Assembly: GCA_951406725.2 (NCBI GenBank)
Contig: OX597831.1
Coordinates: 73,470,001-73,534,000, forward strand
Reading direction: 5' to 3'
Source of the DNA: Octopus vulgaris
Taxonomy: Eukaryota
DNA: 64,000 nucleotides
Made by a program: the position numbers and the translations under genes. Of this stretch, positions 37,736 through 49,922 are shown one piece after another. Below the pieces are notes generated by a model. The model did no database searches and was not told the DNA's origin. It was given only the letters and a program-made list of their open reading frames with translations. Numbering within the stretch: the first letter of the stretch is position 1; each line of letters starts with the position of its first letter.

Positions 37736-37880
37736 GAAAGAAAGATTGTGTGCGTGAGAGAATGTGTGTGTGTGTGTGTGAGAAAGAGTATGTGTGAGAG
37801 AGAGGCAGAGAGAGTGTGTGTGTGTGTATGTGCACGTTTATTAGATCATAGAATACTGTAGTGTGTGTGTGTGTGTGTGT
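37385..37880. repeat. higher-order compound (GT)n/(GA)n minisatellite
   Basis: Unit AAAGAAAGATTGTGTGCGTGAGAGAA(TG)n GGGAGAAAGAGTATG(TG)(AG)n repeated about 4 times. Confidence 0.9.
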
Positions 37881-38052
37881 GTGTCTCACTATGTGCCTGT
37901 GTTTATGCAGACATGGTGTGTGCGCGCACACATGTGTGCTTATTGCATTAAGGAACGCTGTATATGTTTGTCATGTAACGGTAATACAGTGTATGTCAGT
38001 GTTTATCAGATTAGGGAATACTTTGTGTATTTGTCATACAACAGAAAGAATA

Positions 38053-38091
<39 letters not shown>

Positions 38092-38839
38092 AGAGTTATA
38101 CAATCCAGGTTTGGTATTATTGTGTGTGTGGATGTGTGTAGATGTGTGTGGATGTGAATACGAAAGTCTGTGGTGTGTGTGTGTGTGTGTGTGTGTGTGA
38201 CAGTGGGAGGTGCATTAGTGCATGTGTGTGAGAGAGAGAAAGAGAGAAAGGCAGAAAATGAAAATGGTAGTGTATATATACACACACACGTGTGGGTGTA
38301 TGTTTGTGTGCGTGTGTGTGTGTGTGTGTGTGTAAGAGTAAAATAAAGCTCAAACAACAGCAACATATTGGAAGAAGAAAGCAAAAGACGAGTGAAGTCT
38401 CTCTATAAACCTTAAGGAATTGGAGCAAAGAATGGTAGCAGAGTTCATGGAGCACTGTAGAGGTGGTGGTGGTGGTGGTGGAATGATGAAGATGATGCAG
38501 TAGTGTAATGTTGATGTAGTAGTAGTGTTGGTGGTGGTGGTGGCGGGGAGATGTAGAAGAGGTAGTAGAGGGTTGACTGTGGTGGTGGTGGTGGTGACGA
38601 GAGAGAGGGATGGAGGGAGATGGCCTGTGATATCAGGCAGTTGTACAGCTGGTTGTGAGTGTGTGTGCGCATGGGTGCGTGAGCTGGTGTGTGTGTGTGT
38701 GTGTGTGTGGAGAGTGGGAGAGAGAAGGAAAGGTGGTGGTGGATTTAAAATGGAAGATTATGGGGAGCAGGGTAGAGTGAAACAGACAAACAGACAGAAA
38801 AATATCTGGGAATGACAGACACAAGAAATAAAGGTTTAC

Positions 38840-39277
38840 AGAGAGAGGGGGAGAGAGAGAGAGAGAGAGAGAGCAAGGGAGAAAAAGAAAGAGAAAGCAA
38901 GAGAGAGAGAGCAAGGGAGAAAAAGAAAGAGAGGGAGAGAGAGAGAAAGAGAGAGAGAGCAGGGGAGAAAGAGAGAGAGCAGGGGAGAAAGAGAAAGAGG
39001 GAGAGAGAGAGAAAGAGAGAGCAAGGGAAAAAAAGAAAGAGAGAGAGAGAGCAAGAGAGAAAAAGAAAGAGAAAGAGAGAGAGAGAGAGAGCAAGAGAGA
39101 GCGGGAGAGAAAGAGCAAGAGAGAAAGAGAGAGAGCAAGAGAGAAAAAGAAAGAGAGAGAGAGAGCAAGAGAGAAAAAGAAAGAGAGAGAGAGAGCAAGA
39201 GAGAAAGAAAGAGAGCAAGGGAGAAAGAGAGAGAGAGAGAGAGAGCAAGGGAGAGAAAGAAAGAAAGAAAGAGAGAA
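38840..39277. repeat. polypurine (GA-rich) tract, ~440 bp
   Basis: Only A and G with occasional C on the + strand; recurring GAGAGCAAG units. Confidence 0.92.
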
Positions 39278-39518
39278 TCAAAACAAATCCAGCAACTCCT
39301 GTTTCTTTCTCCCATTTTGTTTTTTATCCTCCAAGGAAGGATGCTGCGAAGGGATAAGTGGAGAGGAGGAGAACACACGTTTGTGTGTGTGTGTGTGTGT
39401 GTGAAAGAGAGATGGGGGTGGTGGAGAAGGAACCCCCCCCGTATGGTAGGTAGTACACCATTTTTTCACTTCTATATACGTGTATGTATATAATGTTATA
39501 TATTATGTACGATATGTA

Positions 39519-39553
<35 letters not shown>

Positions 39554-39614
39554 GCGTGCATATGTGTGATATTTATGTACACATACACACACACACACAT
39601 ATATGTATGTACGC

Positions 39615-39657
<43 letters not shown>

Positions 39658-39722
39658 GTGTATATTGTGATATTTATGCATATATAGTATACACACATAT
39701 ATGTATGTATGCATATATAAAA

Positions 39723-39764
<42 letters not shown>

Positions 39765-39848
39765 CATATTATGTGTGATATTTATGTATATATAGTATGT
39801 GTGTGATATATATGTACACATACACACACACATATATGTATGTATGCG

Positions 39849-39880
<32 letters not shown>

Positions 39881-40342
39881 GGTTAAACAACAAAGAGTTA
39901 AAGAAGAGCCAAAGAATTAAACAAATAAAAACACATAAAAAACAACTCAAACAAATAAAGTTTAAATAAACATCCCCCCCTCTCCTCCACCTCCTTCTCA
40001 AGAAAGGTAAAAAAAAAGAAAAGAAAAAGAAGAAAAGCAGAACAAGGTGAATATTACACTACATTCCCCTTAACTATCTGTAGTAGTAGTAGTGGTGGTA
40101 GTGGTGGTGGTGGTGCCGTGGAGGAATTTCAGAATACAAAGTTTGGTCACTAATGTAAGGGTTGCAGTTTCAATCCCAGCCAGAATCGTTGATATCAACT
40201 GAGGCCAGAGCTGCTGCTGCTGCCGCTGGTGTTTCTAGAAGAAGTGGTGTTGGTGTCAATGACTTTGAAGTTTTGGAAGACTATCAGGCTGAAACTTCGA
40301 AGTCACTATCACCACTTTTCTTGTAAAAGTACAATAAACATA

Positions 40343-40513
40343 GGCGCAGGAGTGGCTGTGTGGTAAGTAGCTTGTTTACCAACCACATGGTTCCGGGTTC
40401 AGTCCCACTGCATGGCATCTTGGGCAAGTGTCTTCTGCTATAGCCCCAGGCCGACCAATGCCTTGTGAGTGGATTTGGTAGACGGAAACTGAAAGAAGCA
40501 TGTCGTATATATG

Positions 40514-40544
<31 letters not shown>

Positions 40545-40742
40545 TTGTCCCCCTAGCATTGCTTGACAACCGATGCTGGTGTGTTTATGTCCCTGTCACT
40601 TAGCGGTTCGGCAAAAAGAGACCGATAGAATAAGTACTGGGCTTACAAAGAATAAGTCCCGGGATCAATTTGATTGACTAAAAGGCGGTGCTCCAGCATG
40701 GCCACAGTCAAATGACTGAAACAAGTAAAAGAGAGTAAAGAG
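40343..40742 (+). mobile_element. SINE family A, full length
   Basis: All motifs present; a diverged copy follows at ~40810-41165. Confidence 0.92.
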
Positions 40743-41571
40743 TATGTCGGTCACAAAAAAGTGTTGAGTAATTTTTCAGTTTTGTTAAAATTGCTTTCAT
40801 TATATTTCAACAGGCGTGGCTGCATGGTAAGAAGTTTGCTTCCCAATCCCATGGCTCTGGGTTCAACCCCACTGCTTGGCACTTTGGGCAAGCATCTTCT
40901 ACTATACGGCCTCAGACTGACAGAAACCGTTGTGAGTGGATTTGGTACATGGAAATTGAAAGAAGCTCGTGTGTGTGCATGCGTACCCGACCCACTGCTT
41001 AACAACCAGAGTTGGTTTGTTTATATCTCCATAAATTAACAGTTAAACGAAAGAGACCAATAGAATAAGAACAAGGCTTAAAAAAAAGTACTAGAGTTGA
41101 TTTGACTAAAACCTCTTCAACGTGGTGTCCCAGCATGGCCAGTCTGATGACCGAGAAAAAAAGAAAAACACATACATATATGCATGTATTACACGTGTGT
41201 GTGTGAGGTTAAGCAAAATTATTCAAAGTATCGGGGGTTAGCAACAGAAAAAGCATCCAACTGTAAATTCCTGGATCATTTATCAAGATTGTCACCACAC
41301 ACACAAATGTACAGAGACTCTCAATTACCCAACGTGAGACATGAGGAGACATAGTTATTTTATGTAGGTGCAATACGCGTACAAGCTTGCACATAGGGTC
41401 ATCCCATTAATAATGTGACCTTTTCAATTGCATGAATTAAAGTCGGAAGGGGACGAGATAAACTACCTGCATGAACTTGCTATAAAAGCAGGTAGTAATT
41501 TTACCTTGTACTTATTCTTAGTGCAAGTTTTGAAGAGTGCAGTTCGATTTTAAGTTATTTTTACAAAGCTA

Positions 41572-42126
41572 CAGGGTCAGGCAAAATGATCTGACACATT
41601 TGTAGGTTAAATAAAAGGCATTGTTTTTCGTTTCTTTTTCAGTTGCTGCCATGAATTGGACTGGTGAGCATTGCACTTTCATTGTGGAAACATTTATCAA
41701 AACAAACGATTCTGTAACTGCAACACAAAGAGCGTTCCGTTTGCACTTCAATCTTGGTAGACATGATCCTGTACCAGCTCGAAACACGATCTTGTTATGG
41801 GTTACCAACTTCAGAGCTACTGGATCTGCATTGAAACGAAAATCAACCGGCCGACCTCGCACCGCCAGAACTTAAAGATGCAATTCGTCAAGAAATTACT
41901 GCCATTCCACATGAAATGACCCGCTGAGTTATTGACCACTTTCGTGAACGCCTTTGACAGTGTGTGGACAATAATGGATCCCATTTAACTGATTTAATTT
42001 TTAAAACATAATGAAACAAAATGGCATTATATGAACTTTCCAAAAATAAAAACACTTTTTTGTTTCTTTACTTCATTTGCCTTTTATTTAACCTACAAAT
42101 GTGTCAGATCATTTTGCCTGACCCTG
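41572..42126 (+). mobile_element. internally deleted Tc1/mariner element with perfect 49-bp TIRs
   Basis: TIRs at 41572-41620 and 42078-42126; TA TSD (41570-71, 42127-28); N-terminal HTH (SVTATQRAFRLHF...P.RNTILLWVTNFRATGS...GRPRTART, DUF4817-like) joined to the C-terminus (LKDAIRQEI...RL*QCVDNNGSH). Confidence 0.92.
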
Positions 42127-42130
42127 TATA

Positions 42131-42796
42131 ATGAAAGTGACAAAGGAACATATTTGGCATATTTTGCTTTATGAGTTCAATAAAGGCCACAACGCAACAG
42201 AAAGTGCAAGGAATATTAATGCAGTATATGGGGATCAGGCAATAAGTGTAAGCCAGTGTCAAGGGTGGTTCCAGAAATTCTGAGCTGGAAACCACTGTCT
42301 AGAAGATGAGTCTTGTCCTGGGAGATCTGTAGAGCTTGATGCAGATGTTCTGCAAACTCTGGTGAAACAATATCCCATCGTAACTGTTGAGGAACTAGCA
42401 GAGAGGCTTGGATTTGGTCATTCAACCATTCATCAACACCAGTGCCAGAAGAAAAACGACCATCTTTGGTTTCAAGACGAAAGGTGTTCTTCCATCAAGA
42501 TAATGCCCAGCCACATACAGTGAGGATGACATTCCAAAGGGTGGAGCAGTTTGGATGGGAAACGATGCCCCACCCAGTATATTCACTGGACATTGCCCCA
42601 TCTGATCATCATTTATTCTGCAATCTCCAAACTCATTTGGACAGAAAAAAATATGAATTCTGTAGACAAGACCAGAAAAGCATTGGAGGAGTATTTTTTG
42701 TCATGGAGAAGAGAAATTTGGAAGAGGGACTTTGCAAATCTTCCAGACAGATGGAAGAGCATTGTTGAAAATGAGGGAGAGTATATTTCAGATTAA
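42131..42796 (+). pseudogene. mariner transposase pseudogene (Mos1/SETMAR-like), internally deleted
   Basis: MKVTKEHIWHILLYEFNKGHNATESARNINAVYG...WFQKF*...LEDE..GR (HTH), then HQDNAQPH...HPVYSLDIAPSDHHLF (YSPDLAPSD motif) and LPDRWKSIVENEGEYI; stops and frameshifts present. Confidence 0.9.
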
Positions 42797-42904
42797 AAAC
42801 AGAACTTGTTTGTCGATGAGGGTCTGGGCAGGTTTTTTTTTTAAACTCCAGGTGCCTCCAAAGCAAGAAATGATTATTAGTTTGTCTCTATACTGTGTAC
42901 ATTA

Positions 42905-43780
42905 AATGTCATCATCATCACCATCACTCAATGTCTGCATTCCATGTTGGCATGGGTTAGATGGTTTGACTGGAACTGGTAAGCCAGAGAATTGCTCCAG
43001 GTTCCAGTTTGATTTTGGTTTGGTTTCTGTGGTTGGATGCCCTTCCTAAAGCCAACCACTCCATAGTGTACTGGGTGCTTTTAATGTGCCACTGGCACGG
43101 ATGCCAGTCATGTAACACCAACATTGGCCACAACTCTGATTTCACTTGGCTTGAGAAGTCTTCTCAAGCGTAGCATATTGCTACGGGTCTCAGTCATTTG
43201 TCATTGCCCCTGTGAAGCCCAACATTCGAAGATCATGCTTCACCACCTTGTCCCGTGTCTTTCTGAGTCTACCTTTTCCACACACACATACGCACACACT
43301 GGTGCTGGTGCCATGTAAAAAGCTCCCAGTCCACTCTGTAAAGTAGCTGACATAAGGAAGGGCATGCAACCCGAAAACCAATGCAGACAGCAGAGCTTAG
43401 CATAGTCCTTCCTCAGGCTCGTTGGCTTCTGCCAGGCTGTCCAACCCATGCCAGCATGGAAAACGAATGTTAGATGAATATGATGATGATGATGATGGTG
43501 ATGACCTTGCCATCTCCCTAATACTTGATAGTGGGAGCTTTTTCCCTTTCATTCCTTTTTTGTCCAGCAAGTTACATGGCAATCTGACTAGTGCCGATGG
43601 CATGAAGAAGGGCACCCACACTGCACTGTTAAAATGGTTGGCATTAGGAAAGACATCCTGCCATAGAAACCATACTAAAAATGACATTGGAACTTGATGC
43701 ATCCCTGCAGCTTGCTGGTTCCCTTGTCAAACAGTCCAACCCATGCCAGCATAGAAAGCAGATGTTAAACAATGATGATG
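42905..43780. mobile_element. cluster of three family C copies (minus 42905-43260; plus 43300-43500 and 43590-43780)
   Basis: AACCCATGCCAGCAT motifs with (ATG)n tails. Confidence 0.75.
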
Positions 43781-43926
43781 ACACACACACACAATCCATT
43801 AAAACCTCTTTCCCATATCACTTTGTCATCTAATTTAGAAGCATTTCCTTAACGAAAGCAGAACATTGTTCAGATTAAGGATGTGTACACAGATGTTTGT
43901 GTGTGTTTGTATTTAACAACAAAAAC

Positions 43927-43961
<35 letters not shown>

Positions 43962-44489
43962 ATGGCAACTTCCTTCCAAACAGTTTGTTTTAATCAGATT
44001 CTTTTGAAATGGTTAATAACTTGTAAGATTATCTTCCTTCAAATATTATAACTGCACATTTTGCAAAAAACTTTTAAAACACTGTACACACACACATGTA
44101 TGTTTTACGTGTGCATATGTGTGCACACACGTACTTCCATGGTGTCTGTTTTATCTTTTATGGTTAAACTCTCATCTTGTCATGTCAGCAATAGTGTGTG
44201 TGCGTGTGTGTGTGTGTGTCAGTGTGTGTTGCTACTGCCTCATCCACTTCATTTTCACCTTACTTACCTTTAAGAATTGGTAAATGATAACTCTATTGTG
44301 GGTGGTGGTGGTGGTGAGATAGTGAGGAGGTGGTAGTGAGTAAGGGGTCGTAGGGAGAGGTATGAGCAGGGAGTTGTTTTGCAGGGTAGAGGGGTGGGGT
44401 GGGTGGGTGGGTTATGATTTGATTGTGTTTTGGTTTTGTCCAAAGAATGGTTTTAATCAACCACAACAAGGTGTATGCTTAAGGGAGAG

Positions 44490-44866
44490 AGACCCCTGAA
44501 CTCAAGAACAAACTATGGCAAGGTATCTGTGTGTGAGCCCTTAACAACAGAACCTACTGCAGCAAAGTATCTGCATTTGTGATCCCTTCACATAAGAATC
44601 TACAAGAAGGTGTCTGTGTGTATGACCCCTAAACCTGAGAACTAACTCTGGCAAGGTATCAATGTGTGGCCCTTAAACCCAAGAACTAACTCAGGCACAG
44701 TATGTGTATTTGCATTCCTCTTAACATGAGAACCAACCCCAGCAAGGAGCTGATTCTCATCTTATTGTGATCCCTCAATACATGAACTAGTTACAGTGAG
44801 GGATCTGCATGTGACCCCTTAACATAGAAACTAATTACAGCAAAATGTGTGTGTGCAACCCTTTAA
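44490..44866. repeat. diverged ~44-bp minisatellite (8-9 units)
   Basis: Approximate consensus AAGGTATCTGTGTGTGACCCTTAACATGAGAACTAACT..AGC. Confidence 0.75.
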
Positions 44867-45077
44867 CCCTTTCGTTACTGTATTTATTTTGAGATGCTCT
44901 GTGTTTCTTCCAATTATTTTAAATATAACAAAGAATTTAGTAAAAGAATTTAGTAAAATAACTTAGTTATCATTAGGAACATAAATTGTGACTAAGATTT
45001 GAATTTAAAACTTATGAAAACAAGACATTTATACTAAAGACCCAGAGCCGGTTTCAGCCGGGTTGGTAACGAAAGGG
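44867..45077. mobile_element. piggyBac-type MITE, family P1 (opposite orientation to the 6355 copy)
   Basis: Same TIRs; TTAA at 44863-66 and 45078-81. Confidence 0.88.
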
Positions 45078-45569
45078 TTAACAGGAGAAGCAAATACTTG
45101 GTGCATGTGAGGGCGTGTGCCTGCTGGAATGGAAAGAAAGAATGGTAGTAATGTTTGTACTTACAATTTCTGTAAAGAAGAGAGGTTAGTGAAATCTCCT
45201 TGTTTTAAGGCTTTGATGGCATTCTCACTTAAATCCCTACAAACAAAGAAATCAGAGATTACAATATAGACAGGAATAATTAAAGGAACAATGTTCAATC
45301 AGCTGAAATAATTAAGGCTGTGTTTAAATAATGAAGAACACATTAAAATAATTAAGAAAACATCAACAGAATTAAGGTATCAAAGGTATATTTAATTAGA
45401 GATGTATTGGATTAATTAATGATGCGTTTAATTAATCATAGATATCTTAAAATGATTAAGGCATGTTAAAATGATTAATTGAAGTTGGTAGTGTAGTTAA
45501 GAAGTTTGTTTAGCAATGAAGTGATTCCGGGTTCGATTCTGTGTGGCACCAAGCATAGATTGGCTGGGA

Positions 45570-45890
45570 TTTGTTGAGGCAGATTTTCTGCGGCTGGATG
45601 CTCTTCCTGTCACCAACTCTCACCTATTTTCCAAGTAAGGGAATATTTCTTCATGGCCAGACATGTTTTCAACGAAGATTGCAAATGAAGGACACTGCTT
45701 GCACGACAGTGGCACTCATTTACAACTATCACGTGATGTCAAGACAAGGAGACAGTAAAACACACACACACAATGGTTTTCTTACAGCCAGTCTCTACCG
45801 AATCCACTGGCAAGGTTTTGGTTGTCTTGGCTCTACAGTGGAAGCTACTTGCCAAAGTTGCTATGCATGGCACTGAACTTGAAACCTGCA
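45570..45890 (-). mobile_element. chimeric SINE: family A-like head with a C-like tail
   Basis: Same arrangement on the plus strand at ~50600-50920; tail fragments at ~17700-17810 and 56900-57090. Confidence 0.6.
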
Positions 45891-45995
45891 CGACACCTAA
45901 GGCAAATGACTTCTACTGCACACCTAGTCTGGCCCTAAGCCTTCTGGGTATCAAGGACAAGGAGGTCATTAAAAGAAGGGGTGGGCTTTAGATAA

Positions 45996-46215
45996 ATGTT
46001 TTAATTTCAGAGTTGCTGAAGCATGGAATAAACTGCCTGCGTCAGTTGTTGACTGCCATGACACTGCATCCTTTAAGGCCCTCATGCTTTCCGAAATCCG
46101 CCGAAACTACACCTGATTATATATACACTTTAGATGAGTTGTAGTGCACCTGAGCACTGTACACAATGTTTTATTATTATTATTATTATTATTATTATAT
46201 TATTATTATTATTTT
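45996..46215 (+). mobile_element. CR1/L2-like LINE 3' end
   Basis: FNFRVAEAWNKLPASVVDCHDTASFKALM...* (RV..WNxLP..VV....SFK motif), short UTR, (ATT)n tail. Confidence 0.8.
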
Positions 46216-46277
46216 TTAATTACCTTAATTTTCAAAAAAAAAATCTTTAATTTCACCTGTCAATAATCTAGAAACAT

Positions 46278-46505
46278 TTAACCGATTCTCAATCGGATCA
46301 TTCTGCCAAATGCAGCGCTTATTTATTCCCGTTGTTTTGAATTAATCATGCATTATCTCATAACACTAAGATTTCGATGATGTGGTCGTTTAATTTTAGA
46401 ACGACATTGTAGGATAGGTGTGAGAGGCTGGATCTGTGCAGTCTGAACACAAAACTGGTAGAATATTTGGGCTGGATACGGATGGTTTAATTGCTAAATT
46501 GTTAA
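46278..46505. mobile_element. piggyBac-type MITE, family P2, diverged
   Basis: Matches 62668-62894 (TTGAATTAATCATGCATTATCT...GGTGTGAGAGG); TTAA-like ends; fragments also at ~27422-27510 and 27903-27955. Confidence 0.6.
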
Positions 46506-47204
46506 GAGTCAAAATGTTATTTTTGTATTTCAATTAATCTTTTAATGGTGACCAACCTGTTGGAAGTAGTTTTTTTTTTTTTTGTGGTGGATTAAATTTT
46601 GTAGAATCATAATGAGAGGGACATTGAAAAAATGTCAGTAAAAGAAAGGGATGGTAGTTAAAAGTTTGAGACAATGCCCCAGAATGGCCACAACTCAATG
46701 TCTAGAATTATATAAAACAATATACACCCATAATTCAAGACTAAAGTGACCACAGTATTTTTTTATTGACCAGTTTAATATCGTGATGACGAAACAGGGA
46801 TATCTTTACCGGGTTACTCACTATGTTAGAAATAGCAGCCAAATTTCTCTCAAATCACAATCATCTTTTAGAGAAAAGGAGAAACACATAGGATAATCTA
46901 GTCCAGCTCTTTTTCATTCTTCTTCTCTCACTAACCACTTCTTTTTCTCTTATTCTCTCGATGTTTCCCTATCCTCTGATGAAGGACCAATGTCCAAAAC
47001 AAGACATATTTTTTCCCTCTTTCCATTGAAGAGCTAAGCTAAGGCTGTATTTGTTTAAACCTTGTCCAGTCTTGCGCTGTTCATTTCTGTTGCTCATTGG
47101 TCTACCATAAATTTTGTCAGCTTCTTACAGAAACCTAACTTGGGCTCAGCTGAATCCTATGAAACTAAGTTGGATAGGGCCAACTCAAAGTGTTTTAAAT
47201 AATA

Positions 47205-47530
47205 ACAAGAGCACTCAGAGAGTGCAAACCTCCACCAAGGCAACACCAACATCCTCTCAATGATTTTTAAAATAGGAATATCTGAAATAAACTCGACTGC
47301 TCTCACAAACGAGAATACTAAAAATGAACCCAACTGTTCTCAAAAATCAAGTAAAAAAAAAAACAGGCAGAATAATACAGAATTCTTGTCCGGTACTGGA
47401 TCGATCCCAAAATCTAACCAGTTCATGCCAGTCATGAGGCCAAACATCCCTGAAAATTTCATCCGAATCCATCCAGCGGTTCTTGAAATATCTTGTCCAT
47501 GGACAAGCAAACAAATAAACATGACTGAAA
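47205..47530. mobile_element. Helentron/HINE-like non-autonomous element
   Basis: AACAAGAGCACTCAGAGAGTGCAAACCTCC end and AAATTTCATCCGAATCCATCCAGCGGTTCTTG motif, which I recall as typical of this class; one end missing. Confidence 0.45.
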
Positions 47531-47554
47531 ATAATAATAAGAATAATAATAATC

Positions 47555-48176
47555 GTTTCTACTCTAGGCACAAGGGCTGAAATTTGCGGGAGGGGAAAAG
47601 TTGATTACAGTGCTTATTTGATATTTATTTTATTGGCCCTGAAAGGATGAAAGGCAAAGTTGACCTCGGCGGAATTTGAACTCAGAACATAAGGACAAAT
47701 GAAATACCACTAAGCATTTTGCCTGGCATGCTAACGATTCTGCCAGCTTGCTGCCTTAATTAATAATCCTCTCTACTAAAGGTATAAGGCCTGGAATTTG
47801 CGGGGAAGGGGGGGATAGTCAGTCACATCAACCCCAGTATTTAACTGGTATTTAATCATTGTGACCCCGAAAGGATGAAAGGCAAAGTTGACCTCAACTG
47901 AATTTGAACTCAGAACATAGAGACTGACGAAATGCTACTAAGCATTTTGCCCAGCATGCTAACAATTCTGCCAGCAAACTACCTTAATAATAATAATAAT
48001 AATAATAATAATCAATGACCCCAGTGATCGACTGGTACTTATTTCATTGACCCCACTGAAAGGATAAAAGACAAAACTGACCTCAGCAAAATTTGAACTC
48101 AGAATGTAAAGAAAGATTAAATACCACTAAGCATTTTGCCCAGCGTGCTAACAATTCTGCCAGCTCACTGCCTTAA
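47555..48176 (-). mobile_element. tandem cluster of three family B-related SINEs separated by (AAT)n
   Basis: Same organisation as 18385-19262. Confidence 0.8.
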
Positions 48177-48591
48177 TAATAACAACAATAATAACAATAA
48201 CAATATATATATAATGTGTGCGTGTTAAAGTTAATTTCTGCTTGGAGTCTGGAACCTTATTTGGCCAGAGCTTATTTTCGTTTTTGTGGTGTTTAAGTAA
48301 AATGGTCTGTCACCGGGTTAAACCCCTAGATATCACTGGTACTCATTTTCATCTAAATAGACAAAAGCAACATGAAGTGAAGTGCCTTGCTCAAGGATAC
48401 CCTTTTTTGCACTGAGAACTGAACCCATGAACTAAGACTTGTGTGCCAAACGCCCTAACCACAATGCTAGATACCTTCACACACACACACACACACACAC
48501 AGAGAAACGTGTGTACATATGTATACACATACACAGAGAAACGTGTGTGCATATGTATACACACACACACAGAGAAACGTATGTGCATATG

Positions 48592-48627
<36 letters not shown>

Positions 48628-48843
48628 CATAAAATATTTTTGGGCATCATCATACGCCACCCCTTTACTTTGGTAAGGAGATCTGATAAAGAATGAAATA
48701 AAGAGCTAAGGGGTCAGAAAGGGGTTAGAGTGATTGTGGAGGTTGGTGGCATTTTAGGGTGTCAGGAAATCCCTAAAAAGAACTTCCTTTGCAAATTGGA
48801 GAGAGAGGAATAAGTGTGTGTGTGTGTGTGTGCATACGTATAA

Positions 48844-48892
<49 letters not shown>

Positions 48893-49329
48893 CATATACA
48901 CACACCTAGACATGGGTGTACATATGCGTGTTAAAATAAACAAACTCGCGCCAAAGTTGGAATGAAAGATGTGGTGAAAGAGTGCAGCTGATGTTTGGAA
49001 TGTAAGTTCATGCATGTGAGTGCCCGAGATTAAGAGTATGTATGTGTTTGTGTGTGTGTGCGCGTGCACGTGTCTGTGATTAAGTGTGTATATATGGATG
49101 CCTGTGGGTGCATAGGAGTCCCTGGAAATAAGGGTGGATGTCTATATGTGTGTGTTTGTTTATTTAGTCTGTGTATGCTTGTATAAACAGGAGTCTGGGG
49201 GGGGGGGGTGATACTGGATGAAATTAAGTGTGGATAACTGTAAAATGAAGTCCATGTAGAACTATGTAACACACACACACCCACACATATATATGTAATA
49301 TATGATATGTATGCAATACACAAGGGTGG

Positions 49330-49534
49330 GGTGCTGAAAAGTTCCTGGCTTTAGGGGTGTCACAAAAAGCTTTGTTGGAGGACCAAGCTTCCGAGTTCTT
49401 TTACAGGGCTTAGAAAAACTGAAGGACCGCTGCAATAAATGAGTGAAACTGAGAGGGGAACATGTTAAATAAAATCATAATTAACTGATCTTCCTGTAAT
49501 TTCTTTTACCCAAAGCCAGGAACTTTTTAGCACC
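49330..49534 (+). mobile_element. mariner-derived MITE
   Basis: 23-bp TIRs GGTGCTGAAAAGTTCCTGGCTTT / AAAGCCAGGAACTTTTTAGCACC (1 mismatch); internal LEKLKDRCNK*VKLRGEHVK* is a mariner transposase C-terminus. Confidence 0.8.
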
Positions 49535-49922
49535 TCATCATCATCATCATCATCATCATTTAGCGTCCGCTTTCCATGCTAGCATGGGTTGGACGGTTCA
49601 ACTGGGGTCTGAGAAGCCAGAAGGCTGCACCAGGCCCAGTCTGATATGGCAATGTTTCTACGGCTGGATGCCCTTCCTAACGCCAACCACTCCGTGAGTG
49701 TCATGGGTGCTTTTTACGTGCCACCGGCACAGGTGTCAGACGGGGCTGGCAAATGGCCACGGTCGGATGGTGCTTTTTACGTGCCACTGGCACGGGGGCC
49801 AGGCGAGGCTGGCCAAACGGCCACGGTCGGATGGTGCTTTTTTACGTGCCACCGGCATGGGGGCCAGGCGAGGCTGGCAAACGGCCACGGTCGGATGGTG
49901 CTTTTTACATGCCACCGGCACG
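49535..49922 (-). mobile_element. young family C copy with an internal ~62-bp tandem repeat
   Basis: CpG-rich; GGTGCTTTTTACGTGCCACCGGCAC...GGCCACGGTCGGAT repeated about 3.3 times at 49707-49922. Confidence 0.85.

Larger units (their letters stand above)
41392..42800 (+). mobile_element. decayed mariner (DD34D-type) element, host of a nested insertion
   Basis: Putative 5' non-coding region 41392-41571 and transposase remnant 42131-42796; outer boundaries approximate. Confidence 0.65.

Noticed and set aside
35976-39378. ORFs rich in LSIY, ERER, CVCV or SLSL
   Set aside because: Products of TCTA, GA and GT repeats.
42442-42796. Functional or domesticated SETMAR-like gene
   Set aside because: Stop codon in the HTH region, large internal deletion, frameshift, and no SET domain visible.
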